NCBI RefSeq assembly: GCF_947495925.1
Contig: NZ_CANMAU010000001.1
Span: 537,523 to 601,522 of the forward strand
Direction of reading: 5' to 3'
Source of the DNA: an uncultured Algibacter sp.
GTDB taxonomy: Bacteria; Bacteroidota; Bacteroidia; Flavobacteriales; Flavobacteriaceae
Length of the DNA stretch: 64,000 bases
The position numbers and the translations under genes are program-made. The notes under the pieces are model-generated. The model was not told the DNA's origin and ran no database searches. It was given only the letters and a program-made list of their open reading frames with translations. Below are positions 29,595 to 38,769 of the stretch, one piece after another (position 1 is the first letter of the stretch; each line of letters opens with the position of its first letter).

Positions 29595-32500
29595 ATGGCT
29601 AAAAAACTAATATATTGTATTATTGTTTCGATCGTCTCAACCATTCATCTATGGTCGCAACAGTTAGTTGAAAACTATAAATTTGTTAGCATAAAAGAAG
29701 GTATTTCTAAAGTGGGCGTATTTACAATAACGCAAGATGATGCGGGATTTATATGGCTTGGGACTAATGGTTCTGGACTTTACAGGTTTAATGGAATAGA
29801 TTACGATTCCTATAAACATATTTTAAACGATTCGACTTCAATTAGCAGCAGTTTAGTTTATTCTTCATTCTTAGATCACAAAAAACGACTTTGGTTTGGC
29901 ACAGAAGAAGGTTTAAACTTATACGATAAAGAAAAAAATCAGTTTAAGAGAATCCCTATTTCAAATGCCAATAACGATAGAACAAACAGCTCTATTAGAA
30001 GTTTGGCTGGAGACCAAAAAGGGAATCTTTACATAGGAACATATGAGCACGGTTTCTTTAGACTTAACCTTAATACCTTTAAAATAGAATCCATAGCCAT
30101 AAAGGGTTTTAGCTTTACAAACTCATTAAATATCAATACTTTAGCTTTTGATAAAAATGACAAACTATACGTCGGAACAGACTTAGGACTTGGTGTATTA
30201 AACTTGATGGGAGATACTCTTATACCTGCCGAATTTAATGCGAGCAACGAAGAATTATTAACTGGTAAAGCTATACAGTCTCTTCTTTTTGGTGAAGACA
30301 ACGACCTTTGGATAGGTACAGTATCTGATGGGTTAATTCATGTTAGTCAAACGTCGAATAAACCAGAAAACAATTATATAATTTCACAAATTGGGATAAC
30401 AGATAATATGATTTTTTCAATCATTCAGTTATCTGATAATACCATAATGTGCGGAACAGAAAATGATGGTCTATTTCACATCGGAAGCAATGAAAGAGTT
30501 TTAAGAAATTACAAAACGAACAAATCAGACAATGAAAGCTTATTATCTAATTCTATATGGTCACTTTTTTTAGACAAAAACGAACGTATTTGGATGGGGT
30601 ACTACAACAAAGGCGTGTCGTTTTTTGATAAATTATACGATAAGTTTCATCATGTTGAAAGTATAAAAAACACTCCAAATTCGCTCCAAATACCTTCAGT
30701 TACTTCTATTACAAAAGATAAGGCAGACAACTTATGGATCTGTATGGACGGTGGTGGTATTGATATTTTTGATATAAATACAAACGAATTCACGCATATT
30801 AACAAACTTAATAATCAAACTTACAAGGGGTTAACAAGCGACTATATTGAAAATATATTTGTTGATAGCAATGAAAATATATGGGTAGGAAGTTGGGATC
30901 AAGGTCTTTTTTATTTGAAAAAAGGAACTAGAACTTTTGTGAATTTTAATATTGAAAATTCTAATGGACAATTGCAGTCCAATACAATTATGAGCATCGC
31001 TGAAGACTCTAAGGGGATAATTTGGTTAGGCACATACTATAAAGGCCTGCATTCTTTCAACCCAAAAACCAATGAATTCAAATATTATAATTCTAAAGCA
31101 TTTACCGAAAATAATTTGTCCAACACTAATGTTGGAAAAGTCTTAGTCGATTCTGAAGACGACCTATGGCTAGGAACAGTTAGAGGCTTATTTAAGGTTA
31201 ATAGAAACCCTAATAATGGAGAAATTACGGTTGTTTCGCATCGCTCAAGAATGTCTCAGGCTTATAATAATCATACAAGTGCCAATCATATATTGTCACT
31301 TCATCTATCAGACGACCAAACACTTTGGATAGGAACTAGAGGTGCTGGTTTATGCCAATACGATATTTCCAAAAACGCCTTTACTTGGTATAACAATACA
31401 AATGGGTTAATTGAAGATAATGTATGCGCCATTGTAGAAAGCCTAGATAAAAGTATTTGGTTAGCCGGAAATTCTGGTATTACTAAGTTCAATCTTAAAA
31501 ACTCAAGTTTTACTAATTATACCACGCATGACGGGCTTCTTTCAAATGACTATAATATAAATTCAGCATTTAGAGACGATTCTGGTAATCTGTATTTTGG
31601 TAATTTTCAAGGTGTAGATTATTTCAATCCGGACAAAATTGAAATCAACAAAAACTTACCCTCCTTATATCTATCAGGTTTTAAACTGGCTAATAAAGAT
31701 GTTGTCCCCGGATTAAAAGATTCTCCTATACAAAAGGTTATATCCGAAACAGATAGTATTTCCTTAAATAGTAGTCAATCGGTTTTCACCATTGAATACG
31801 CAGGCATTAATTATACAAGGCCAGAAGAAAATGAGTATGCTTATTATTTAGAAGGTTATGAGACCGATTGGAATTATGTGGGTAAAAACAGATCTGCCAC
31901 ATATACAAACTTAGATCCAGGTGACTATGTTTTTAAATTAAAGGCATCTAATAACGACGGTATTTGGAATGAAACACCTTTGAATTTAAAACTAACCGTT
32001 CTACCTCCCTGGTGGAAAACAACATTAGCTATCTATTCGTACATTATATTGATTCTCTTGGGCGTTTTCTTATTAAATAAGATGACTCAAAGCAGACTAA
32101 AAGAAAAACAGACTATACAGAATGAACGTATAATACGTAAACAAGAAAAAGAATTGAATGAAAAGAAGTTTCAATTCTTTACTAATATCTCTCATGAATT
32201 TAGAACACCTTTAACCTTAATTCTCAGTCCACTTAAAGACATTCTAAAAGATCAAAACCTCAATTTACCCGAACGTGTTAAGGAAAAGCACAATGTTATT
32301 TATAAAAATACAGATAGACTTTATAGACTCATCAACGAACTTTTAGATTTTAGAAAGCTCGAATTAAGTAAAATGAATATTCGCGCTAAAGAACTAAATC
32401 TCATGAATTTTTCAAATGACATATTAAGTCATTTTAAGGAAGAAGCCTTAAATAGAAACATTCAGCTTAGTTTGGACGCCGACATAAAAGATTTAACAGT

Positions 32501-33779
32501 TTGGGCCGATGAAAGTATGCTTGAAAAGATAATATTCAATTTACTTTCAAATGCAATTAAAATAACACCAGATGGAGGGCTAATTAATATTAGTACACAT
32601 TATAATGACTCCCCTATTCTTTTACCATTAGTACATAAAACTACTCCTGTTAAAACCGTAGAAATAGATATTTCTGATACGGGTCCAGGCTTAGACAAAG
32701 ATCAATTAAGTAAAATATTTGAAAGGTTTTATCAGGTTGAACAAATGAATAAAACCTATTATGGTAGCACAGGTATTGGCCTTGAGGTGGTTCAGAATTT
32801 TGTTCAATTACATAAAGGAAAAATTGAAGTTGAAAGTGTTAAGGGCGAAGGGACAACTTTTAAAGTTATTTTTCCGGCAGGTAACTCACACTTAAGTGAA
32901 GAAGAGATATCCATGGAAAAAGCACAAATAACCTCTCAAAAAGATCAATTTGAAAGAACTAACACCTCATCAAGCAATAAAACTAAAACCCCTGAAAATT
33001 TAGAAAAAACTGAAGTCGCAGGCAATCAGACCTTGCTTATCGTAGAAGACAATGTAGAACTAAGAAATTATTTAAAAACTGAGCTTAAACAAATTTATAA
33101 AGTTATAGTAGCCAATAACGGCAAAGAGGGTTTGCAAATGGCGCAAGAACACCTTCCTAATATTATTCTTACTGATGTTATAATGCCCGAAATGAATGGT
33201 CTAGCGTTTTGTCAAAACATAAAAAAAGATTTGCGAACAAGTCATATCCCATTATTAATGTTGACTGCCAAAGCAAGAATAGATGACCGTATTGAAAGTA
33301 TTCAATTTGGCGCTGATGCATATATGGTTAAGCCTTTTGATATGCGTTTACTTAAATTAAGGTTAGCACAGCTAATTACAAGTAGACAACTTATTTTCAA
33401 TAAATACTTCAGTGTCATTTCAGATGTTCCAGCAAATGTTAATACCAGTTCTTTAGATAAGGAGTTTATCGATAAGGTTCTGAATTATATAAATGAAAAT
33501 ATTGGTAATCCCGATTTAAGTGTTGAACTTCTAGCATCTCAACTGCACCTTAGTAGAAGTCAATTCTATAGAAAAATTAAAGCTTTAACAAACCAAACGG
33601 CAAATGAGTTTCTACGAAATATTAGATTACAAAAAGCTAAACAAATAATAGAGTATGGCAATTCAAATATTAGTGAGGTTTGTTATTTAGTTGGGTTCTC
33701 TTCACCATCATATTTCACGAAATGCTTTAAAAGTAGTTTTGGTATGTTACCAACCGAGGTCGCAATCAAAGAAGTATAA
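29595..33779 (+). CDS. Hybrid two-component system regulator (HTCS): periplasmic propeller sensor, Y_Y_Y, HisKA, HATPase, REC, AraC HTH
   Basis: Repeated WIGT/WLGT propeller blades are followed by a TM helix after PPWW. It has the phospho-His box FTNISHEFRTPL, the ATPase blocks DTGPGL and GSTGIGL, the receiver LLIVEDN ... TDVIMPEMNG, and a C-terminal AraC HTH (ISEVCYLVGFSSPSYFTKCFK). Confidence 0.9.
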   Translation: MAKKLIYCIIVSIVSTIHLWSQQLVENYKFVSIKEGISKVGVFTITQDDAGFIWLGTNGSGLYRFNGIDYDSYKHILNDSTSISSSLVYSSFLDHKKRLWFGTEEGLNLYDKEKNQFKRIPISNANNDRTNSSIRSLAGDQKGNLYIGTYEHGFFRLNLNTFKIESIAIKGFSFTNSLNINTLAFDKNDKLYVGTDLGLGVLNLMGDTLIPAEFNASNEELLTGKAIQSLLFGEDNDLWIGTVSDGLIHVSQTSNKPENNYIISQIGITDNMIFSIIQLSDNTIMCGTENDGLFHIGSNERVLRNYKTNKSDNESLLSNSIWSLFLDKNERIWMGYYNKGVSFFDKLYDKFHHVESIKNTPNSLQIPSVTSITKDKADNLWICMDGGGIDIFDINTNEFTHINKLNNQTYKGLTSDYIENIFVDSNENIWVGSWDQGLFYLKKGTRTFVNFNIENSNGQLQSNTIMSIAEDSKGIIWLGTYYKGLHSFNPKTNEFKYYNSKAFTENNLSNTNVGKVLVDSEDDLWLGTVRGLFKVNRNPNNGEITVVSHRSRMSQAYNNHTSANHILSLHLSDDQTLWIGTRGAGLCQYDISKNAFTWYNNTNGLIEDNVCAIVESLDKSIWLAGNSGITKFNLKNSSFTNYTTHDGLLSNDYNINSAFRDDSGNLYFGNFQGVDYFNPDKIEINKNLPSLYLSGFKLANKDVVPGLKDSPIQKVISETDSISLNSSQSVFTIEYAGINYTRPEENEYAYYLEGYETDWNYVGKNRSATYTNLDPGDYVFKLKASNNDGIWNETPLNLKLTVLPPWWKTTLAIYSYIILILLGVFLLNKMTQSRLKEKQTIQNERIIRKQEKELNEKKFQFFTNISHEFRTPLTLILSPLKDILKDQNLNLPERVKEKHNVIYKNTDRLYRLINELLDFRKLELSKMNIRAKELNLMNFSNDILSHFKEEALNRNIQLSLDADIKDLTVWADESMLEKIIFNLLSNAIKITPDGGLINISTHYNDSPILLPLVHKTTPVKTVEIDISDTGPGLDKDQLSKIFERFYQVEQMNKTYYGSTGIGLEVVQNFVQLHKGKIEVESVKGEGTTFKVIFPAGNSHLSEEEISMEKAQITSQKDQFERTNTSSSNKTKTPENLEKTEVAGNQTLLIVEDNVELRNYLKTELKQIYKVIVANNGKEGLQMAQEHLPNIILTDVIMPEMNGLAFCQNIKKDLRTSHIPLLMLTAKARIDDRIESIQFGADAYMVKPFDMRLLKLRLAQLITSRQLIFNKYFSVISDVPANVNTSSLDKEFIDKVLNYINENIGNPDLSVELLASQLHLSRSQFYRKIKALTNQTANEFLRNIRLQKAKQIIEYGNSNISEVCYLVGFSSPSYFTKCFKSSFGMLPTEVAIKEV

Positions 33780-34211
33780 CAATTCGTTTGGATACTGATT
33801 CCTTTATCAAGGGCACGCCTTCCAAACAAATAACACTTTTATTATTCCAAAGTTATATTCGCAACATAATTACACATAAATTTCATCCATAATATCATAA
33901 CTAATTGATTATAAATTCTATATGAATGATAATTTTGTAGCACCGCTTATTACAAATGTTGTAAATCATATGTATTAAGCACTTTTTGCATCATACCTTT
34001 TATTAATCGCTTAATAATTCCCAAAACTCTATTTAATAAATATTTAACATTGACATATGAAAAAACAAAGAAGCAAATGGAGTCAAATTGGTGAAGTAAT
34101 TTTAATAGCAGCAATTGTAGGTCTTTTCGTTTTCTTAGTGATTTTTATTTTTTAATAGCATAACATATTTAATGAAAAAACTAAACTATTTACTAACTTA
34201 AACTATTTAAT

Positions 34212-37200
34212 ATGACAAAACTAAAACTAACGATCATTACGTTGGCAATGATTTTTACACAAATCGGTTTTTCGCAAACTAAAACTGTATCAGGGGTAGT
34301 AAGCGATGAGTCTGGTGTGCCTATACCTGGTGTTAGCGTCATTGTTTCAGGATCGCAGAATGGATCGAGCACAGACTTTGATGGTAACTATACACTTGAA
34401 AATATTGGTGAAGATGACCAACTAATATTCTCTTATGTTGGGATGTCTTCCCAAACAATCACAGTTGGTGGTCAAACAACAATCAACGTTTCATTAAAGG
34501 AATCTCTAGAGGCCTTAGATGAAGTCGTTATTGTAGGTTATGGAACAACCACAAGACGCAAAGTAACTGGTGCTATTTCATCTGTTGATTCAGATGCCAT
34601 AGTAAGAACTCCCGTAGTCTCAGCTGATCAAGCCTTGCAAGGAAATGCCGCAGGGGTTACTGTAACAAATGCAGGATCTCCAGGAACAAATCCGCAAGTT
34701 CAAATTCGTGGATTACAAACGTTTGGAAATAGTCAACCGTTATATGTTATTGATGGTGTTATATCTGGAGGGCTAAATGAAATAAACCCGAATGATATTG
34801 AAACGATGGATGTTTTAAAAGATGCATCTACAGCAGCAATATACGGTTCGCGAGCATCAAACGGGGTTGTTATGATTACTACTAAAAAAGGTAAAGCAGG
34901 TAAAACTCGAGTAACTTTAGACACTTATATCGCATCTCAGTCAACTCCTAAAACCTTAGATTTATTAGACACCAATCAGTTTGCTCAATTCACTAGCGAG
35001 ACTTTTGGGCAACCAAATAGATATTCCGCAGATCCAGAATCAACACAAGTAAATACCGATTGGCAAGATGCAGTGTTTAGATCTGCTACCATGAAAAATA
35101 TTAATGTTGGTGCTTCAGGAGGTAGTGATCATGCTAATTTTGCAATTTCTGCTGGATACCTAGATCAAGAAGGAATTATTATTTCAACAGGCTTTAAAAG
35201 AGCATCTTTAAGAGCAAACAGTGAGTTCAAATTAGGTGACCGATTTAAAATTGGTCAAACATTATCTGTTGCCGACTCTTATCGCCAAAATGAAGAAAAT
35301 AGTGGAGGCAGAAGTTTAATGGAGCATATGATGAAATCATTACCATATACTCCTGTTTATAATGTTAACAACCAACCAGGAGGCTATGGCGGTACAGATA
35401 CCACACTTGATAATGGTTCTGATGCCGAAAATCCAGTTAGGATTCAACAGCTACACACAAATGAAACGGACCAAACTAAGATTTTAGGTTCAATCTATGC
35501 ATCCTATGATATTATTGAAGGGTTAACATTCAAAGTACAGTATGGTTTTGACAGAGCCACTACAGAGAATAATATTTTCAGACCATCTTATAATGAAGGT
35601 ATAAATAATAGACCAGCTGCTTTTATACAACAAGGCACAAACACCTTCAGTTCTAACAACTTTACAGGATCTTTAAACTACTCAAAAACGTTTAATGAAA
35701 ACCATAATCTAAACTTATTATTTGTTGCGGAAGAGTTTAATAGTTCTGCAAGAAATACGTCTGCTCAAAACTCAAACCCTATTACTGATGCTATTCCAAT
35801 TGTACAAGGAGCGGGGCAAGTTAACAATGCATTGTTTGAATATGCGTTGGTGTCTTATATAGGAAGAGCAAATTATGACTATAAAGGCAAGTATATCTTA
35901 ACCGCTTCCTTAAGACGTGATGGTTCATCAAGATTCGGTTCTAATAATAGATGGGGAACATTCCCTTCAGTTTCTGCTGGTTGGGTATTATCTGAGGAAG
36001 ATTTCTTAAAAGATTCTAACAGTATTAGCAATATGAAATTGAGAGCATCTTGGGGTGTAACGGGTAATGATGGATCAAATGATTATGTATATTCATCAGG
36101 ATTAGTTTCAGGGTATAATTATGTAGGATTTGGCTATAATGACGGATGGTCAAATTTCGGTGCTGCAAATCCCGATTTAAAATGGGAGGAGTCTACACAA
36201 TCTAACATTGGACTTGATTTAGGCTTTATGAACAATGCACTAACATTATCATTAGAGTATTACAATATTGAAAGTAAGGACATTATTGTTCCAATACCAA
36301 ATGTGGCATCAGATGGCCTTGGAGCTGGATTTACTCAGAGAAATGGAGCTACTGCTGAAACTAACGGTTTTGAAGCCAGTATTGGTTATAATCACAATAA
36401 CGGTGGTGATTTCTCATGGTCTGCAAGTATGAACTTAGGAACGGCAAAAAATAAAGTGACTGATTTAGGTGAAAGTCTAGAATTTATTGAAAGTTCAACG
36501 TTTGAAGGTGAGAATCTGCAAAGAATTACTAAAGGTGAATCATTGTTTTATTTCTACGGTTTGCAAACAGACGGATTATTTCAAGAAGGTGATGACACTA
36601 GCGCTCAACCAAACGCTGGACCTGGAGATATTCGTTTTGTAGATAATTTCCCAGATGGTGTAATTGACAGCAAAGACAATGTTAAAATTGGAGATCCGCT
36701 TCCTAATTTTACTTATGGTCTTAACCTTTCTGCAAATTACAAACAATTTGATTTCTCCCTATTCTTTACAGGAGTTAGTGGAAATGATATTTATAACACC
36801 ACGACTTACGACCTTGAGGGTATGACTAGATTATTCAATTCAGGAACTGCAGTCCTTAATAGATGGACACCTCAAAACAACAATACATCTGTACCTAGGT
36901 TTACAGCAGATCATTCAGATAATGTAAATAGATCAGATCGTTTTATTGAAAATGGAGCATACTCTAAACTAAGAAACTTAACCATTGGTTATAGTTTAAG
37001 TGACCAAGTTCTAAATAAAATAGCCAAAGGCTCATTATCAAAGTTTCGGGTGTATTTATCAGGCCAAAATCTTCTTACTATTACAGATTATTCAGGATAC
37101 GATCCTGAGATTGGCGGAAGTACAATTACGGATGGCCAATTATCTAATGCAGCTGGTATTGGTATTGACCGAGGAAATTACCCACAACCTAGATCTATAA

Positions 37201-37226
37201 TTGCTGGATTACAATTAGCATTTTAA
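34212..37226 (+). CDS. susC: SusC/RagA-type TonB-dependent transporter
   Basis: It has a signal peptide, a CarboxypepD_reg domain (VSGVVSDESGVPIPGVSVIV), a plug (VIVGYGT, DVLKDASTAAIYGSRASNGVVMITTKKG), a 22-strand-size barrel, and a terminal LQLAF. There is no STN extension. Confidence 0.9.
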   Translation: MTKLKLTIITLAMIFTQIGFSQTKTVSGVVSDESGVPIPGVSVIVSGSQNGSSTDFDGNYTLENIGEDDQLIFSYVGMSSQTITVGGQTTINVSLKESLEALDEVVIVGYGTTTRRKVTGAISSVDSDAIVRTPVVSADQALQGNAAGVTVTNAGSPGTNPQVQIRGLQTFGNSQPLYVIDGVISGGLNEINPNDIETMDVLKDASTAAIYGSRASNGVVMITTKKGKAGKTRVTLDTYIASQSTPKTLDLLDTNQFAQFTSETFGQPNRYSADPESTQVNTDWQDAVFRSATMKNINVGASGGSDHANFAISAGYLDQEGIIISTGFKRASLRANSEFKLGDRFKIGQTLSVADSYRQNEENSGGRSLMEHMMKSLPYTPVYNVNNQPGGYGGTDTTLDNGSDAENPVRIQQLHTNETDQTKILGSIYASYDIIEGLTFKVQYGFDRATTENNIFRPSYNEGINNRPAAFIQQGTNTFSSNNFTGSLNYSKTFNENHNLNLLFVAEEFNSSARNTSAQNSNPITDAIPIVQGAGQVNNALFEYALVSYIGRANYDYKGKYILTASLRRDGSSRFGSNNRWGTFPSVSAGWVLSEEDFLKDSNSISNMKLRASWGVTGNDGSNDYVYSSGLVSGYNYVGFGYNDGWSNFGAANPDLKWEESTQSNIGLDLGFMNNALTLSLEYYNIESKDIIVPIPNVASDGLGAGFTQRNGATAETNGFEASIGYNHNNGGDFSWSASMNLGTAKNKVTDLGESLEFIESSTFEGENLQRITKGESLFYFYGLQTDGLFQEGDDTSAQPNAGPGDIRFVDNFPDGVIDSKDNVKIGDPLPNFTYGLNLSANYKQFDFSLFFTGVSGNDIYNTTTYDLEGMTRLFNSGTAVLNRWTPQNNNTSVPRFTADHSDNVNRSDRFIENGAYSKLRNLTIGYSLSDQVLNKIAKGSLSKFRVYLSGQNLLTITDYSGYDPEIGGSTITDGQLSNAAGIGIDRGNYPQPRSIIAGLQLAF

Positions 37227-37245
37227 TAAAAAAACAAGAAAAGAA

Positions 37246-38670
37246 ATGAAGAAATTTAAAATCACATTTATGTTAGCTTTTGTTGCATTTGCTTTTGGTA
37301 TCATAGCATCTTGTAATGAATCTGACTTGGAAAAATCGGATCCTAATCAATTACAACCTGATACATTTTTTCAGACTAGCACCCAATTAACGGCAGCTAC
37401 AAATGCAGTTTATGCATATCTACAAGATGTTGGAAACTATGGTAGATATCAGTTTTACATTAATGATAATGTAGGAGGAGAAAACTATGCTGCCGGAAAC
37501 CTGGAGGCTGATAAAGTTCAAATGATAAATAGAGATGTTGATGAAGCTAATAATGGCAACAATCAATTTTGGCAACATAATTATCAGGGTATTGGACGTG
37601 CCAACTTTCTAATAGCCAATGAAGATAAATTTAACCCAGATATCCCCTCCGCTGAGGCACAATCAAGATTAGGAGAAGCACGCTTTTTACGAGGACTCTA
37701 CTATTTTAATATTGTAACCAAATATGGTGAGGCACCGTTAGTTTTAGATTTAGAAACGGTTCCAGGAGGAAGACCAAAATCGACCGTAGCCGATATTTAT
37801 TCAGCTATTATTTCTGATCTCCAGTTTGCAGCTTCAAACCTTTTACCTAAAGGCACTCAGGAAACGGGAAGAGCAACATCTGGTGCTGCAAATGCTTTGT
37901 TAGGTAAAGTACTATTGCAAAATGGAGATGCTGCCGGTGCTAAAGCAGCATTGGCTAATGTAAGCGGATATACTCTTATGGATGATTATAGAGATAATTT
38001 TACAGATGCCAATGAGCATAACGATGAAAGTATTTTTGAAGTAAATTATGATGAGTCTACTGGACCTGGAGATTCTTGGAACCAAGATGGTAGAGGAAAT
38101 TCTGAAACTACTTTTAGAGCCCAAGAATATTCTGGTTGGTATAACGTAAAGCCTAGTGAAGATTTATTAAATGAATATGAAGACGGCGATACACGTTTTG
38201 CAGCAAATTTCTATTCCATTGACGATAGTTATAATGGAACCATGACTAACACCTACAATAATGGAGAAAGCACATTTGAGTCCGGAGGAATAGGTCCTGA
38301 TGACAATCCAGCATGGCGGAAATACCAAAACCTAGATAATAGAGCTTCTGAAACCACTGATAGTGGAATTAACGCTAGAGTATTACGTTATGCAGATGTA
38401 TTACTTATGAAAGCTGAAGCCGAAATTCGTTCAGGAGGTTCAGAATCAGTGGCCTTAGGATTTATAAATGAAGTTCGTACAAGACCTTCAGTCTCATTAC
38501 CTGCCATAAATGTTTCTGGAACTCAAGCCATACTCGATGCCATAAAGCACGAACGTTGGGTGGAGCTTGCTGGTGAACAATCAAGATGGTTAGATTTAAA
38601 AAGATTTGATAACGATAGTTATTTGATGCCAATTCCTAATGTGGAATTGCAAGCAAATACCAACTTATAA
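37246..38670 (+). CDS. susD: SusD/RagB-family glycan-binding lipoprotein
   Basis: It has a lipobox GIIASC and TPR-like SusD blocks (EARFLRGLYYFNIVTKYGEAPL, RYADVLLMKAEAE, ERWVELAGE). It lies directly after susC. Confidence 0.9.
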   Translation: MKKFKITFMLAFVAFAFGIIASCNESDLEKSDPNQLQPDTFFQTSTQLTAATNAVYAYLQDVGNYGRYQFYINDNVGGENYAAGNLEADKVQMINRDVDEANNGNNQFWQHNYQGIGRANFLIANEDKFNPDIPSAEAQSRLGEARFLRGLYYFNIVTKYGEAPLVLDLETVPGGRPKSTVADIYSAIISDLQFAASNLLPKGTQETGRATSGAANALLGKVLLQNGDAAGAKAALANVSGYTLMDDYRDNFTDANEHNDESIFEVNYDESTGPGDSWNQDGRGNSETTFRAQEYSGWYNVKPSEDLLNEYEDGDTRFAANFYSIDDSYNGTMTNTYNNGESTFESGGIGPDDNPAWRKYQNLDNRASETTDSGINARVLRYADVLLMKAEAEIRSGGSESVALGFINEVRTRPSVSLPAINVSGTQAILDAIKHERWVELAGEQSRWLDLKRFDNDSYLMPIPNVELQANTNL

Positions 38671-38710
38671 GTTTTATTTTGATTTAGTTTAATTTGTTTA
38701 GAGAGTAGAA

Positions 38711-38746
38711 AGAAAACTTGTATAACTTTGGTTGTGCAAGTTTTCT
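38711..38746 (+). other. Intercistronic hairpin after susD
   Basis: A 10-bp perfect stem, agaaaacttg / caagttttct, encloses a 16-nt loop. No T-run follows it. Confidence 0.45.
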
Positions 38747-38769
38747 GAGTTTAAAAATAAAACACATTA

